Assembly (NCBI GenBank): GCA_963977985.1
Contig: CAXBQH010000004.1
Coordinates: 38,686 to 102,685, forward strand
Origin: an uncultured bacterium
GTDB taxonomy: Bacteria > Bacteroidota > Bacteroidia > Chitinophagales > Chitinophagaceae
Direction of reading: 5' to 3'
Length of the DNA stretch: 64,000 bases
Shown: positions 28,828-38,957 of the stretch, piece by piece
Numbering within the stretch: position 1 is the stretch's first letter
How the letters are laid out: each line of letters starts with the position of its first letter
The notes under the pieces: generated by a model
Databases searched by the model: none
Told to the model about the DNA's origin: nothing
Seen by the model: only the letters and a program-made list of their open reading frames with translations
Position numbers and translations under genes: made by a program

Positions 28828-31740
28828 ATGATAAATAAGTTAAAGCAACTTGCAAAAACATTGGAAGGTGATCTTTTTTTCGATAAAATGATCAAAACCT
28901 TGTATGCTACAGATGCTTCTAGTTATAGAGAGTTTCCCTTGGCTGTAGCCATACCAAAAACTCAGCAAGACATTGCAAAGCTTATTCAATTTGCATCTAC
29001 TCATCAAACATCTTTAATTCCAAGAACCGCTGGCACCTCACTTGCAGGACAAGTAGTGGGTAGCGGTATTGTGGTGGATGTCTCCAAGCATTTCAATAAA
29101 ATTTTAGAGCTCAATAAAGAGCAAGGTTGGGTAAGGGTAGAGCCAGGCGTTATTCGCGATGAATTAAATATGTTTTTACAAGAACACGGATTGTTTTTTG
29201 GTCCAGAAACTTCTACTGCTAATAGAGCGATGGTGGGTGGAATGGTGGGTAATAATTCTTGTGGCTCTAATTCTGTAGTTTACAAAAGTACCAGAGAACA
29301 TTTATTAGAAGTAAAAGCTTTTTTAAGTGACGGCACGCAGGCAGTTTTTTCAAGTGTATCTACCGATGCCTTTCATCAGAAATGTGATTTGAACACACTG
29401 GAGGGAAATATTTATAGATCGATGAGAGCTATGCTTAGCAACTATGAAAATCAAGTAGAGATAAAAAATCAATTTCCCAAAAAATCGATACTCAGAAGAA
29501 ATACAGGTTATGCTATAGATATTTTAGTAGACGCCGATCCCTTTACTGCCGGAGGGCCACCCTTTAATTTTTGTAATTTAATTGCTGGCTCTGAAGGAAC
29601 GCTGGCTTTTATTACTGAGATAAAATTAAATCTCGTGCCTATCCCTGCTAAAGAAGTAGGTTTATTGTGTGTGCATTTTAATAGTATTGATGAATCGCTC
29701 CGTGCAAATTTAATTGGTCTACAATTTCAGCCAAGTGCTAGTGAACTTATTGACCATTATATTTTAGAATGTACCAAAGAAAATGCCGAGCAAGCAAAGA
29801 ACCGATTTTTTGTACAAGGAGACCCAGGAGCTATTTTAGTCATAGAATTTGTCAGAGAAACTAAGGAGGAAATTTTGGAACTCACGCAAAAAGTGGAAGC
29901 AGCAATGCGTGCAGCTGGCTTGGGTTACCACTTCCCAGTGTTGTATGGTGCTGATGCAAAAAAAATATGGGCTTTGCGTAAAGCGGGATTAGGCTTACTT
30001 AGTAATTTACCAGGAGATGAAAAAGCGGTACCTGTTATAGAAGATACTGCAGTAGATGTAAACGATTTACCTGATTATATTCGTGAGTTTAATGAAATAT
30101 TAAAAAAGCACGGTCTTTATTCCGTGCACTATGCGCACGCAGGTTCGGGTGAACTTCATTTGCGTCCTATTATTAATTTAAAAACAGAGCAAGGGAATCA
30201 ACTTTTTAGAACCATAGCCCAGGAAGTAGCTACACTAGTAAAAAAATATAAGGGTTCTTTGAGTGGTGAACACGGAGATGGAAGATTAAGAGGTGAATTT
30301 ATTCAACAAATGGTGGGTGCTAAAAATTATGCTTTATTAGAAGAAGTAAAAAATATTTGGGATCCCCAACATATATTGAATCCAAATAAAATTGTGCATA
30401 CCCCTTCTATGAACTCTATGTTGAGGTATACGCCAGGACAATTCACACCAGCCTTTAAAACTATTTTTCGTTTTCATCAACAAAATATTTTACAACACGC
30501 CGAACAATGCAATGGTTCGGGAGATTGTAGAAAAACACATTTATCAGGAGGTACAATGTGTCCTTCTTATATGGCTACTCGCGATGAAAAAGATACTACT
30601 CGTGCAAGGGCCAACATACTCAGAGAATTTTTAACACACTCTGAAAAAGAAAATAGATTTGATCATAAAGAAATTTATGAAGTAATGAGTTTGTGTTTAA
30701 GTTGTAAAGCTTGTAAATCGGAATGTCCTTCTAATGTGGATATGGCTAAACTTAAAGCTGAATTTTTACAACATTATTATGACGCTAATGGAGTTCCTTT
30801 CAGAGCAAGGTTAATAGCCAATTTCACTAAAGCGGCTCAATTAGCTTCTATGGCCCCGCGTATATATAATACTATTATTAGTAACCCCCTCACTGCAAGT
30901 GTAGTTAAATTATTTTCTGGTTTTGCCTTACAAAGATCAATGCCAAAAATAGCCATTCAAACCCTTCAAGCCTGGTATAAAAAAAATTATAAAGCTCCTT
31001 CCACTCCCATAAAAAAACTGTATTTATTTTGTGATGAGTTTACCAATTACAATGATGCACCTATAGGTATTAAGGCCATTGAATTATTGCATACTCTGGG
31101 CTATGAAGTTATTATTCCTTTTCATTTGGAAAGTGGTAGAACTTGGTTATCGAAAGGTTTAGTTAGAAAAGCTAAAAAAATTGCCAATCAAAATATTGAA
31201 CTTTTAAGTTCTTTGATAAGTGCTTCCACTCCTCTCATTGGCCTGGAACCCTCTGCCATACTAACTTTCAGAGATGAATACCCCGACCTTGCCACAGACG
31301 AAAATGTAGCAGCTGCACAACATTTAGCTAAGCATAGTTTTTTTATTGACGAGTTTTTAGCAAGTGAAATGCAGGCAGGAAATATTACAAAAGATCAATT
31401 CACTGATCAAGCCAAATCTATTTTATTGCACGGACATTGTCAACAAAAGGCAGTGAGCTCTTTATCGGATACGGTAAAAGTACTTTCATTTCCTACAAAT
31501 TTTAAAGTTGATACTATTGCTTCAGGTTGTTGCGGTATGGCGGGTTCTTTTGGATATGAAAAAGAACATTATAAAGTTTCAATGAATATTGGAGAGTTGG
31601 TATTGTTTCCCAAAATAAGAGCACATCATCACAATTGTACAATTGCTGCTGCAGGTACCAGCTGTCGTCATCAGATTAAAGATGGTACGGGTGTTCAAGC
31701 TCTACATACAGTAGAAATACTACATACTGCGTTAAGATAG
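28828..31740 (+). CDS. FAD-linked oxidase fused to 4Fe-4S and CCG domains (YdiJ/GlcD-GlcF-like 2-hydroxyacid dehydrogenase)
   Basis: RTAGTSLAGQ, GEHGDG, CNGSGDC...MCPS, CLSCKACKSECP, HGHCQQK, GCCGMAGSFGY. Confidence 0.9.
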   Translation: MINKLKQLAKTLEGDLFFDKMIKTLYATDASSYREFPLAVAIPKTQQDIAKLIQFASTHQTSLIPRTAGTSLAGQVVGSGIVVDVSKHFNKILELNKEQGWVRVEPGVIRDELNMFLQEHGLFFGPETSTANRAMVGGMVGNNSCGSNSVVYKSTREHLLEVKAFLSDGTQAVFSSVSTDAFHQKCDLNTLEGNIYRSMRAMLSNYENQVEIKNQFPKKSILRRNTGYAIDILVDADPFTAGGPPFNFCNLIAGSEGTLAFITEIKLNLVPIPAKEVGLLCVHFNSIDESLRANLIGLQFQPSASELIDHYILECTKENAEQAKNRFFVQGDPGAILVIEFVRETKEEILELTQKVEAAMRAAGLGYHFPVLYGADAKKIWALRKAGLGLLSNLPGDEKAVPVIEDTAVDVNDLPDYIREFNEILKKHGLYSVHYAHAGSGELHLRPIINLKTEQGNQLFRTIAQEVATLVKKYKGSLSGEHGDGRLRGEFIQQMVGAKNYALLEEVKNIWDPQHILNPNKIVHTPSMNSMLRYTPGQFTPAFKTIFRFHQQNILQHAEQCNGSGDCRKTHLSGGTMCPSYMATRDEKDTTRARANILREFLTHSEKENRFDHKEIYEVMSLCLSCKACKSECPSNVDMAKLKAEFLQHYYDANGVPFRARLIANFTKAAQLASMAPRIYNTIISNPLTASVVKLFSGFALQRSMPKIAIQTLQAWYKKNYKAPSTPIKKLYLFCDEFTNYNDAPIGIKAIELLHTLGYEVIIPFHLESGRTWLSKGLVRKAKKIANQNIELLSSLISASTPLIGLEPSAILTFRDEYPDLATDENVAAAQHLAKHSFFIDEFLASEMQAGNITKDQFTDQAKSILLHGHCQQKAVSSLSDTVKVLSFPTNFKVDTIASGCCGMAGSFGYEKEHYKVSMNIGELVLFPKIRAHHHNCTIAAAGTSCRHQIKDGTGVQALHTVEILHTALR

Positions 31741-31755
31741 TTTCACTAACAATAC

Positions 31756-32931
31756 TTATTGAATTAAAACACCTTCTTTTTTTATAGCTTCTAAAGCTTG
31801 GTACAAAGTATCTAAATCGGCCACTGAATTGAATGCATTTATTGAATAGCGCATATACACATCATTTTCCTGACGCATAATAGGAATTTCAATTTTATAG
31901 TCAGTGAATAATTTTCTTTGTAAAACCTCAGGTTCAGTACTACGAAGAGGTATGCTTATCATTTGTCCAATCCACTGATCGTTTAAGGGGCTGATAGGTT
32001 GGGTGCCCAGTAATTGGTAGAATCTACCTGCATTGGATAGCACTATCTCGTGACATTTTTTGGAAACCGCTCTCCAATTATTTTTTTCCATAAATTCAAT
32101 AGAAGCTTCCACTGTTAAAAAAGCTGAAAAGTCGCGTGTACCAATCATTTGATGATAATCTAAAAATGTAGAAGCAGAAGGTTTGAAGGCTTTGTAACCC
32201 CAACTTACAATAAGAGGGTCGCATAAATGTTGGACCGATTTATGTGCGTATAAAAAACTACAGCCTTTAGCTGTCATCATCCATTTGTGACAAGCGCCTG
32301 TATAAAAATCGGCATTAATTTCATTTAAGTTAAAGGGAATATGCGCAGGCACGTGGGCTCCATCTACAATGGTAATTAACCCTTTTGATTTTGCCATCGC
32401 ACAAATTTCTTTCACTGGAAATATTAAACCGGTAGCACTTGTAATATGACTGATAAAAATAGCTTTAGTAGTGGGCCTGAGTCCTTCAAAAAAATTTTCA
32501 ATAAATTTTTCTTTTGTGGTAATAGGTAAATGTATTTTCTGTCTTCTATAAACGGCTTTACTTTTTTTGCAATAATAATCCCAAGTGCGATCGCAAGCAC
32601 CATATTCAATATCGGTAGCTAAAATTTCATCGCCTTCTTGCAATGGAAAATTTTTGGCAATCATATTCACTGCAAAAGAAGGATTGGTGACCATCACTAA
32701 ATCGTCTTTATCTGCACAGCCAATGAATTTTGCTAAAGCTGCTCTGGTGTTGGCTAAATAAGTAACCCCATCAAAAGCAATAAATTGAACCGGCTCCGCC
32801 TCTAAAACTCTTTGCCAATGCTGATATACATCAAAAATGGGTTTAGGAGTGGCACCAAAAGAACCGAAATTTAAAAAAGTAATCTCGGGGTTTAATAAAA
32901 ATTGTTCACGCAAATTTTCCATAGCTACCAT
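31756..32931 (-). CDS. Class V PLP-dependent aminotransferase/lyase (CefD/cysteine desulfhydrase-like)
   Basis: FLNFGSFGA, SHITSATG, VDGAH, GACHKW (PLP lysine), GTRD. Confidence 0.87.
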   Translation of the reverse strand: MVAMENLREQFLLNPEITFLNFGSFGATPKPIFDVYQHWQRVLEAEPVQFIAFDGVTYLANTRAALAKFIGCADKDDLVMVTNPSFAVNMIAKNFPLQEGDEILATDIEYGACDRTWDYYCKKSKAVYRRQKIHLPITTKEKFIENFFEGLRPTTKAIFISHITSATGLIFPVKEICAMAKSKGLITIVDGAHVPAHIPFNLNEINADFYTGACHKWMMTAKGCSFLYAHKSVQHLCDPLIVSWGYKAFKPSASTFLDYHQMIGTRDFSAFLTVEASIEFMEKNNWRAVSKKCHEIVLSNAGRFYQLLGTQPISPLNDQWIGQMISIPLRSTEPEVLQRKLFTDYKIEIPIMRQENDVYMRYSINAFNSVADLDTLYQALEAIKKEGVLIQ

Positions 32932-32968
32932 TTTTATTTTTTTATTTAGAACTTTAAAGGTAGCATAA

Positions 32969-33003
32969 AAAAATCTCGATTGATTTTATCAACCGAGATT
33001 TTT
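32969..33003. terminator. Hairpin flanked by A/T runs; probable terminator of the upstream Gfo gene (minus strand)
   Basis: AAAAATCTCGATTGA-tttta-TCAACCGAGATTTTT with one mismatch. Confidence 0.7.
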
Positions 33004-33074
33004 AAAGTGTTATTTATATTGATGTTGGTGATATCAAAAATATAAATGATACCATTGATAGCAATACACCATAA

Positions 33075-34535
33075 CTATACTCCTAAACTCCAACCTTCAC
33101 GATAGGTTCTTTTAACATATTGATTGGCTTCTTCAAAATTGGTGATTTTCATATTAGGTCCATCCCATAATAATTGAATGTTTCTTCCAGGATAAGAAGT
33201 ACTTCCTTTTTTATCTGTAGACTTAATATCATAACTTCTAATAGCCAAATTACCCATCAATACTGATTCAGTTAAGGGACCTGCTATATCAAAATGGGAA
33301 CTTAAAGCTTTGGCTTCTTTACTACCTGCACCTGCAATACAAGCTTCCACCCAAGCAGCATAGTGTCCGCCTTCGCCCCCTTTCACTCTATCAACAGTTT
33401 TAGGAACAGTGGTAGTTTTAGTTAAATTAGTGGGAAGTAATTGAGGATTGATACCATAAGTACCTGCCATCATTTTTCCTTTAGTACCTTCAAAAATTAC
33501 ACCATTACCACCGTCGCCCATAATTTCATTAGGTCCCAATTCAGCAGGTCGTTCTGGTTGAATACCACCATCCATCCAATGTAATTTCACATTGGGCTTT
33601 CCATTTTGACCTTGGAATGTTAAAATAATATGAGATCCCATAGGACCAGAATCTGGTGCGTATAATTTTTGCCAAGGAGCTGTATAACGAGTGGCAACGC
33701 TACATTCTGCAGCAATGGGATAACCTAAACCAGCTACTGCAAAAGCAGGTGCCATAATATGACAAGCCATATCACCTAATGCGCCGGTTCCGTAATCCCA
33801 CCATCCTCTCCAATTAAAGGGAAGTAATCCTTCGAAATAATCTTTTTGGGGAGCGGTACCTAACCATAAATTAAAATCTAATTCAGGGGGTATAGCGACA
33901 GGGGTAGTTGAAACTGGTCGATTAACTCCTTGAGGCCATACGGGTCGGTCTGTATAACAATATATAGTATGAATATCGCCAATTAATCCAGCAGCGTGCC
34001 AATCTTGTAACATACGCACTCCATCTCCTGAAGAACCTTGGTTACCCATTTGAGTCACTACATTATAATCGTGCGCCGCTTTGGTCATAATTCTTGCTTC
34101 ATATATATCGTGTGCCATTGGCTTTTGAACATATACGTGTTTTCCTAATTGCATCGCTGCCATAGCTTGCACGGCGTGCATATGATCGGGTGTAGAAACT
34201 GAACAAGCATCAATATGCATATGTTCTTTATCTAACATTTCTCTATAGTCTTTATAATATTTGGCTTTCGGATATCTTTGACGACTTTTCACTGCTTGTC
34301 TATCATCTACATCGCATAGAAAAGCAATATCTGCTTTACCGCTATTATAGAAAGCAAATAAATCACTTTCTCCTTTTCCGCCAGCACCTATACCGGCAAC
34401 TTGTAATTTATCACTTGGAGCGGTAAAACCTTTTCCTCCAAGGACGTGTCTAGGTAAAATGTAAAAGCCTCCTAAAGCAAGGGCAGAATTTTTTATAAAA
34501 TCCCTTCTTGATTTATCTGATTTTTTCTTGGACAT
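33075..34535 (-). CDS. Tat-exported Gfo/Idh/MocA oxidoreductase
   Basis: SRRDFIKN signal; GIGAGGKG, STPDHMH, YVQKP, WRGWWDYGTGALGDMACH. Confidence 0.9.
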   Translation of the reverse strand: MSKKKSDKSRRDFIKNSALALGGFYILPRHVLGGKGFTAPSDKLQVAGIGAGGKGESDLFAFYNSGKADIAFLCDVDDRQAVKSRQRYPKAKYYKDYREMLDKEHMHIDACSVSTPDHMHAVQAMAAMQLGKHVYVQKPMAHDIYEARIMTKAAHDYNVVTQMGNQGSSGDGVRMLQDWHAAGLIGDIHTIYCYTDRPVWPQGVNRPVSTTPVAIPPELDFNLWLGTAPQKDYFEGLLPFNWRGWWDYGTGALGDMACHIMAPAFAVAGLGYPIAAECSVATRYTAPWQKLYAPDSGPMGSHIILTFQGQNGKPNVKLHWMDGGIQPERPAELGPNEIMGDGGNGVIFEGTKGKMMAGTYGINPQLLPTNLTKTTTVPKTVDRVKGGEGGHYAAWVEACIAGAGSKEAKALSSHFDIAGPLTESVLMGNLAIRSYDIKSTDKKGSTSYPGRNIQLLWDGPNMKITNFEEANQYVKRTYREGWSLGV

Positions 34536-34682
34536 AGTAAATCTTTATTTGGTTTATAATCGTGGTTGAATAAGTATGTTAAATTATCAAAAAAATTGGA
34601 ATTTTTAGAATTATTTTGATAAGTGAATATTGGACGACTTGCTTTCGTGAATAAGCCTTAAATTGCTTAACAATTTTTACTT

Positions 34683-36050
34683 ATGTCTACCAGTATTCAA
34701 CCTTTGCGTTCCTATTTTGCCACAGGCGCCACGCAGTCTTATGCGTTCAGAATAGAGCAGTTACAACGCCTTAAAAAGGCAGTTCTAGATGCTGAAAAAG
34801 AACTTTATGAAGCCCTCTATGCCGATTTGAAAAAAACGCAGGAAGATGCTTGGGCAACAGAGATTGGTTTTTTCTTAAGTGAATTAAACCATACTATAAA
34901 AAATTTAAAGCAGTGGATGGAGCCTACATCTGTGGCTACCAATTTGGTCAATTTACCTTCCGCAAGTTTTATAGTACAAGAGCCATTAGGGGTAGTATGT
35001 ATCATAGCACCTTGGAACTATCCTTTTCAACTTTTATTCACTCCACTTATAGGAGCTATTGCTGGTGGCAATTGTGCTGTCTTAAAACCAAGTGAGTTTG
35101 CACCCGCTACAGCAGCAGTAATGCAAAAAATTATTCATTCTTTATTTTCAGATAATTATATAATGTATATAGAAGGAGAGGGGGCTGCAGTGCTTCCGCC
35201 CTTACTCTCTGAAAATAGATTTGATCATATTTTTTATACTGGTAGTACCCTGGTGGGAAAAATCATTTACAAATTAGCTGCAGAACAATTAGTGCCTGTT
35301 ACTTTAGAATTAGGAGGGAAAAGCCCCGCAGTGATTTGTGAAGATGCTAATTTAAGAGTGGCTGCTCGCAGGTTGGCCAATCCAAAATTTTCTAATTGTG
35401 GTCAAATGTGTATTGCACCCGACTATATTTTGGTGCCCCCTGCTCTGAAAGATAAACTTATAGAGGAACTAATAATTGCTATTCAAGCATTCTATGGAAA
35501 AGAAGCAGAAGCTTCAGAGCATTATGGAAAAATAATTAATGAAAAACAATGGTTGCGTATAAATGCTTATTTAGGGGATGGAGAAATTGTGTATGGAGGT
35601 AAATCTAATAAAGAAAAATTATTCATTGAACCAACTATAATGGTGGGGGTAAGTCCAGAAGCAAAAATTATGCAGGATGAAATTTTCGGACCACTACTAC
35701 CCATTCTTACTTATCAAAGCAAGGAAGAAGCTTTATCTATTATTCAAAAAAATCCTAACCCATTAGCATTTTATGTTTTCGCTGAAAATAAAAATGATCA
35801 GCAGTATTGGTTGACAAATGTACCTTCAGGAGGAGCTTGTATTAACAATGCTACTATGCATATTACCAACCACGATTTACCTTTTGGTGGTAGAGGTTTT
35901 AGTGGAACAGGAGGCTATCACGGTAAATCTAGTTTTGATACTTTCACGCATTCAAAATCGGTTTTAAAAACGCCTACCTGGATAGATCCTAGTTTTAAAT
36001 ATCCCCCTTATAAAGGGAAAGCTTGGTTATTGAAAAGATTAATAGGGTAA
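34683..36050 (+). CDS. Aldehyde dehydrogenase (ALDH3-like)
   Basis: PWNYP, YTGST, LELGGKSP, catalytic Cys GQMCIAPD, EIFGP, PFGG. Confidence 0.94.
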   Translation: MSTSIQPLRSYFATGATQSYAFRIEQLQRLKKAVLDAEKELYEALYADLKKTQEDAWATEIGFFLSELNHTIKNLKQWMEPTSVATNLVNLPSASFIVQEPLGVVCIIAPWNYPFQLLFTPLIGAIAGGNCAVLKPSEFAPATAAVMQKIIHSLFSDNYIMYIEGEGAAVLPPLLSENRFDHIFYTGSTLVGKIIYKLAAEQLVPVTLELGGKSPAVICEDANLRVAARRLANPKFSNCGQMCIAPDYILVPPALKDKLIEELIIAIQAFYGKEAEASEHYGKIINEKQWLRINAYLGDGEIVYGGKSNKEKLFIEPTIMVGVSPEAKIMQDEIFGPLLPILTYQSKEEALSIIQKNPNPLAFYVFAENKNDQQYWLTNVPSGGACINNATMHITNHDLPFGGRGFSGTGGYHGKSSFDTFTHSKSVLKTPTWIDPSFKYPPYKGKAWLLKRLIG

Positions 36051-36062
36051 TTCTTTAAGTCA

Positions 36063-36740
36063 ATGAAAAATAAAAAAACTATTATGATAAAAATTGCTAT
36101 AGCATTAGGTGTAGTAGTGGCAGCCAGTGTTTTAATGAAAAAACAAGGTATGTCTTATCGTCAATCAATATTGAAAACCATTTACCCTGCGATTATGTGG
36201 TCGAGTAAAGCCGCAGGTAAAAAACAAATTCAATGGAATCAAGAAAATAAAATTCCACTGGTACCCATTTATAGTCTTACCACCAAGGATATCAATGGTA
36301 AAGATTTTGATTTTAGTTCAGTAAAAGGAAAAAAAATATTATTGGTAAATACAGCTAGTGATTGCGGGTTTACAGGGCAATATGAAGCGCTTGAAAAATT
36401 ACAGGAAAAATATTCCCCTAATCTTGTTGTTATTGGATTTCCAGCCAATGACTTTAAAGAGCAAGAAAGTAAAGACAATGAAAGTATTGCCACATTTTGT
36501 AAGAAAAATTATGGTGTAAGTTTTCCTTTAATGTCAAAATCGGTGGTGGTGAAAAAACAAAATCAAAATGAAGTGTTTCGATGGTTGTCAGAAGCTTCTA
36601 TGAATGGTTGGAATCAACAAGCACCCGTTTGGAATTTTTGCAAATATTTAGTGAATGAACAAGGGGTACTCACGCACTATTTCCCAATGACAGTAGATCC
36701 TTTGGATGCATCAGTAGTAGAGGCTATTGAAAAAAAATAA
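36063..36740 (+). CDS. Glutathione peroxidase family protein (Cys-type) with N-terminal membrane anchor
   Basis: VNTASDCGFTGQY, GFPANDF..QE, WNFCKYLV; hydrophobic N-terminus. Confidence 0.9.
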   Translation: MKNKKTIMIKIAIALGVVVAASVLMKKQGMSYRQSILKTIYPAIMWSSKAAGKKQIQWNQENKIPLVPIYSLTTKDINGKDFDFSSVKGKKILLVNTASDCGFTGQYEALEKLQEKYSPNLVVIGFPANDFKEQESKDNESIATFCKKNYGVSFPLMSKSVVVKKQNQNEVFRWLSEASMNGWNQQAPVWNFCKYLVNEQGVLTHYFPMTVDPLDASVVEAIEKK

Positions 36741-36746
36741 AATTTC

Positions 36747-37787
36747 CTAGTTAATAGAACAGTGTTCGTGGTAGTTTTCAAGTACAATTTTACCAGACTC
36801 AATTACAAGGTCTTTGTATTTATCTTTAATTTCATCTAAGATTGCTTCAATTTCTTGTTGCGTTGTAATGCGCACTAATTTATTTCTATATTCTTTGATA
36901 TTGGGAAGTCCTCTTAAATAATTTGCATAATGTCTTCTCATTTCATTAATGCCTGCAATGGGTCCTTTCCACTCAATGGATTTAATTAAATGTTTTCTGG
37001 CTACTTCAACTCGCTCTTCAATAGTAGGGTCGGTTCTTTTTTCTGAAGTGGCGACAAAATGTTTTATTTCTCTAAATATCCAAGGATATCCAATGGCTGC
37101 TCTTCCAATCATAATACCATCTACCCCATATTTATTTTTATATTCAAGTGCCTTCTCAGGTGAATTGATATCACCGTTACCAAAAATGGGAATATGCACA
37201 CGAGGATCATTTTTTATTTCTCCAATTAAAGTCCAATCAGCATCTCCTTTATACATTTGTACTCTTGTGCGTCCGTGAATGGAGATGGCTTTCACTCCCA
37301 CCTCTTGTAATCTTAGCACTACTTCGTGAATATTTTTTGAACTTTCATCCCAGCCCAATCTTGTTTTTACTGTAACAGGTAGGTGGGTGCTTTTGACAAC
37401 GGCTGCGGTGAGTTTTACCATTAAATCTAAATCTTTTAATACGCCTGCACCTGCTCCTTTGGTGACTACTTTTTTTACAGGACATCCAAAATTTATATCA
37501 ATTAAATCGGGGTTAACAGTATCAACAATTTTGGTACAAAGCGCTAAAGCTTCTTCATCGCCACCAAATATTTGAATGCCAATGGGGCGTTCATAATCAA
37601 ATATGTCTAATTTTTGTTTACTCTTAATTGCATTTCTGATTAATCCCTCACTACTAATAAATTCAGTATACATAAGGTCGGCACCGTTTTCTTTACAAAC
37701 GGCTCTAAAGGGGGGATCGCTCACATCCTCCATAGGAGCAAGTAATAAAGGAAAGTCGGGTAATTGAATAGGACCTATAGAAACCAT
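36747..37787 (-). CDS. dusB: tRNA-dihydrouridine synthase DusB
   Basis: LAPMEDVSD, DINFGCP, TVKTRLGW, IHGRT, GNGD, MIGR. Confidence 0.93.
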   Translation of the reverse strand: MVSIGPIQLPDFPLLLAPMEDVSDPPFRAVCKENGADLMYTEFISSEGLIRNAIKSKQKLDIFDYERPIGIQIFGGDEEALALCTKIVDTVNPDLIDINFGCPVKKVVTKGAGAGVLKDLDLMVKLTAAVVKSTHLPVTVKTRLGWDESSKNIHEVVLRLQEVGVKAISIHGRTRVQMYKGDADWTLIGEIKNDPRVHIPIFGNGDINSPEKALEYKNKYGVDGIMIGRAAIGYPWIFREIKHFVATSEKRTDPTIEERVEVARKHLIKSIEWKGPIAGINEMRRHYANYLRGLPNIKEYRNKLVRITTQQEIEAILDEIKDKYKDLVIESGKIVLENYHEHCSIN

Positions 37788-37820
37788 ATATATTTGTTAT
37801 CTTGCATCAGACTGATACAA

Positions 37821-38732
37821 ATGCAAATGTACCAATTATTTGATAGTAGGCCTCCTTTGAGAATGGCCCTTTTTTTAGGTATCACAGGCATAGCTATGTT
37901 GGCAGGTGCCTTCATAAGTTTTTCTATTGTTTGTGCAATTTTACAAATTCCATTTTCCTCTATTCAAAATATATTATTGCAACCTAAGTATGCCACTATG
38001 GCTCAATTGGCCAATGCACTTGCTTCTATCATTGCTTTTGGTTTGCCCAGTGTACTACTTGCATTTTTTATTAAAGGAAATTGGATACACAATATGGGTT
38101 TTAGACCTATTAAATCCTATCCCTCCATAGTGGTGGTTATTTTATTAGCGCTAACAGGATTACTATTAAGTGGCGCTTTAGGTTCAGTCACCGAAAAAAT
38201 TCCAATCCCTGCTCATTTTAAAAATTGGGCCATCAGCTTGGAAGACCAATACAAAAAAGCAATGATCTCGATGACCCATATGTCCTCATTGAAAGATCTA
38301 TTTTTTACATTAACAGCAGTAGCTATTATTCCTGCCATAGTGGAAGAAGTTTATTTTAGAGGTACGCTACAAAAAATTTTATTGGATTGGACAGGTAAGC
38401 CTTTTATAGCAATTATAATAACTGCCATTTTTTTTAGTGCTTTTCATTTTTCTTATTTTGGTTTTTTATCCAGATTAGCTTTAGGCGCTATATTGGGTTA
38501 TATTTATCATTATTCTAAAACTATTTGGCTGCCAATTTTGCTTCACTTTGTAAACAATGGAATTGCGGTAGTAACTTTATACTTATTCAGAAATAGTGCA
38601 ACACCCGTAGAAAAAATAATGGATGATAATTTACCCATTTATTGGGGAGTGGTAGCGCTCATAGGTATTTATTATTTATTCATTCAACTTAAAAATTATT
38701 ATATAGATGCAGGATTGGAAAAAAATATTTAG
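37821..38732 (+). CDS. CPBP/Abi family intramembrane metalloprotease
   Basis: EEVYFRG, FSAFH, HFVNN; multiple TM helices; start uncertain (37821, 37827 or 37863), and the track start at 37764 overlaps dusB. Confidence 0.88.
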   Translation: MQMYQLFDSRPPLRMALFLGITGIAMLAGAFISFSIVCAILQIPFSSIQNILLQPKYATMAQLANALASIIAFGLPSVLLAFFIKGNWIHNMGFRPIKSYPSIVVVILLALTGLLLSGALGSVTEKIPIPAHFKNWAISLEDQYKKAMISMTHMSSLKDLFFTLTAVAIIPAIVEEVYFRGTLQKILLDWTGKPFIAIIITAIFFSAFHFSYFGFLSRLALGAILGYIYHYSKTIWLPILLHFVNNGIAVVTLYLFRNSATPVEKIMDDNLPIYWGVVALIGIYYLFIQLKNYYIDAGLEKNI

Positions 38733-38925
38733 TAGTAGTCAATTAACAAGTGCTTCTATGGTGATGGGCATTTTAAATGATAATGACATACCTGCAAAAA
38801 CATTAAATAAACAAGATTCTTCCTATGTTTTTTTAGGAGAAGTTGAAGTATATGTACCTTTAGCTATGTTTGAAAAAGCCAAGGCATTGATTGCTACAAT
38901 TCAAATGGGCACGCCTAGTCATTAA
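38707..38925 (+). CDS. DUF2007-like small protein
   Basis: WKKIF...ASMVMGILNDNDIPA..LNKQDSSY..GEVEVYV; 26-nt overlap with the upstream gene. Confidence 0.75.
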   Translation: MQDWKKIFSSSQLTSASMVMGILNDNDIPAKTLNKQDSSYVFLGEVEVYVPLAMFEKAKALIATIQMGTPSH

Positions 38926-38957
38926 TTTTTTATACCTTTATTTTTAATAAATATACT

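Noticed and set aside
36063-36740. Selenocysteine in the glutathione peroxidase
   Set aside because: The active-site codon is TGC (Cys) and there is no in-frame TGA
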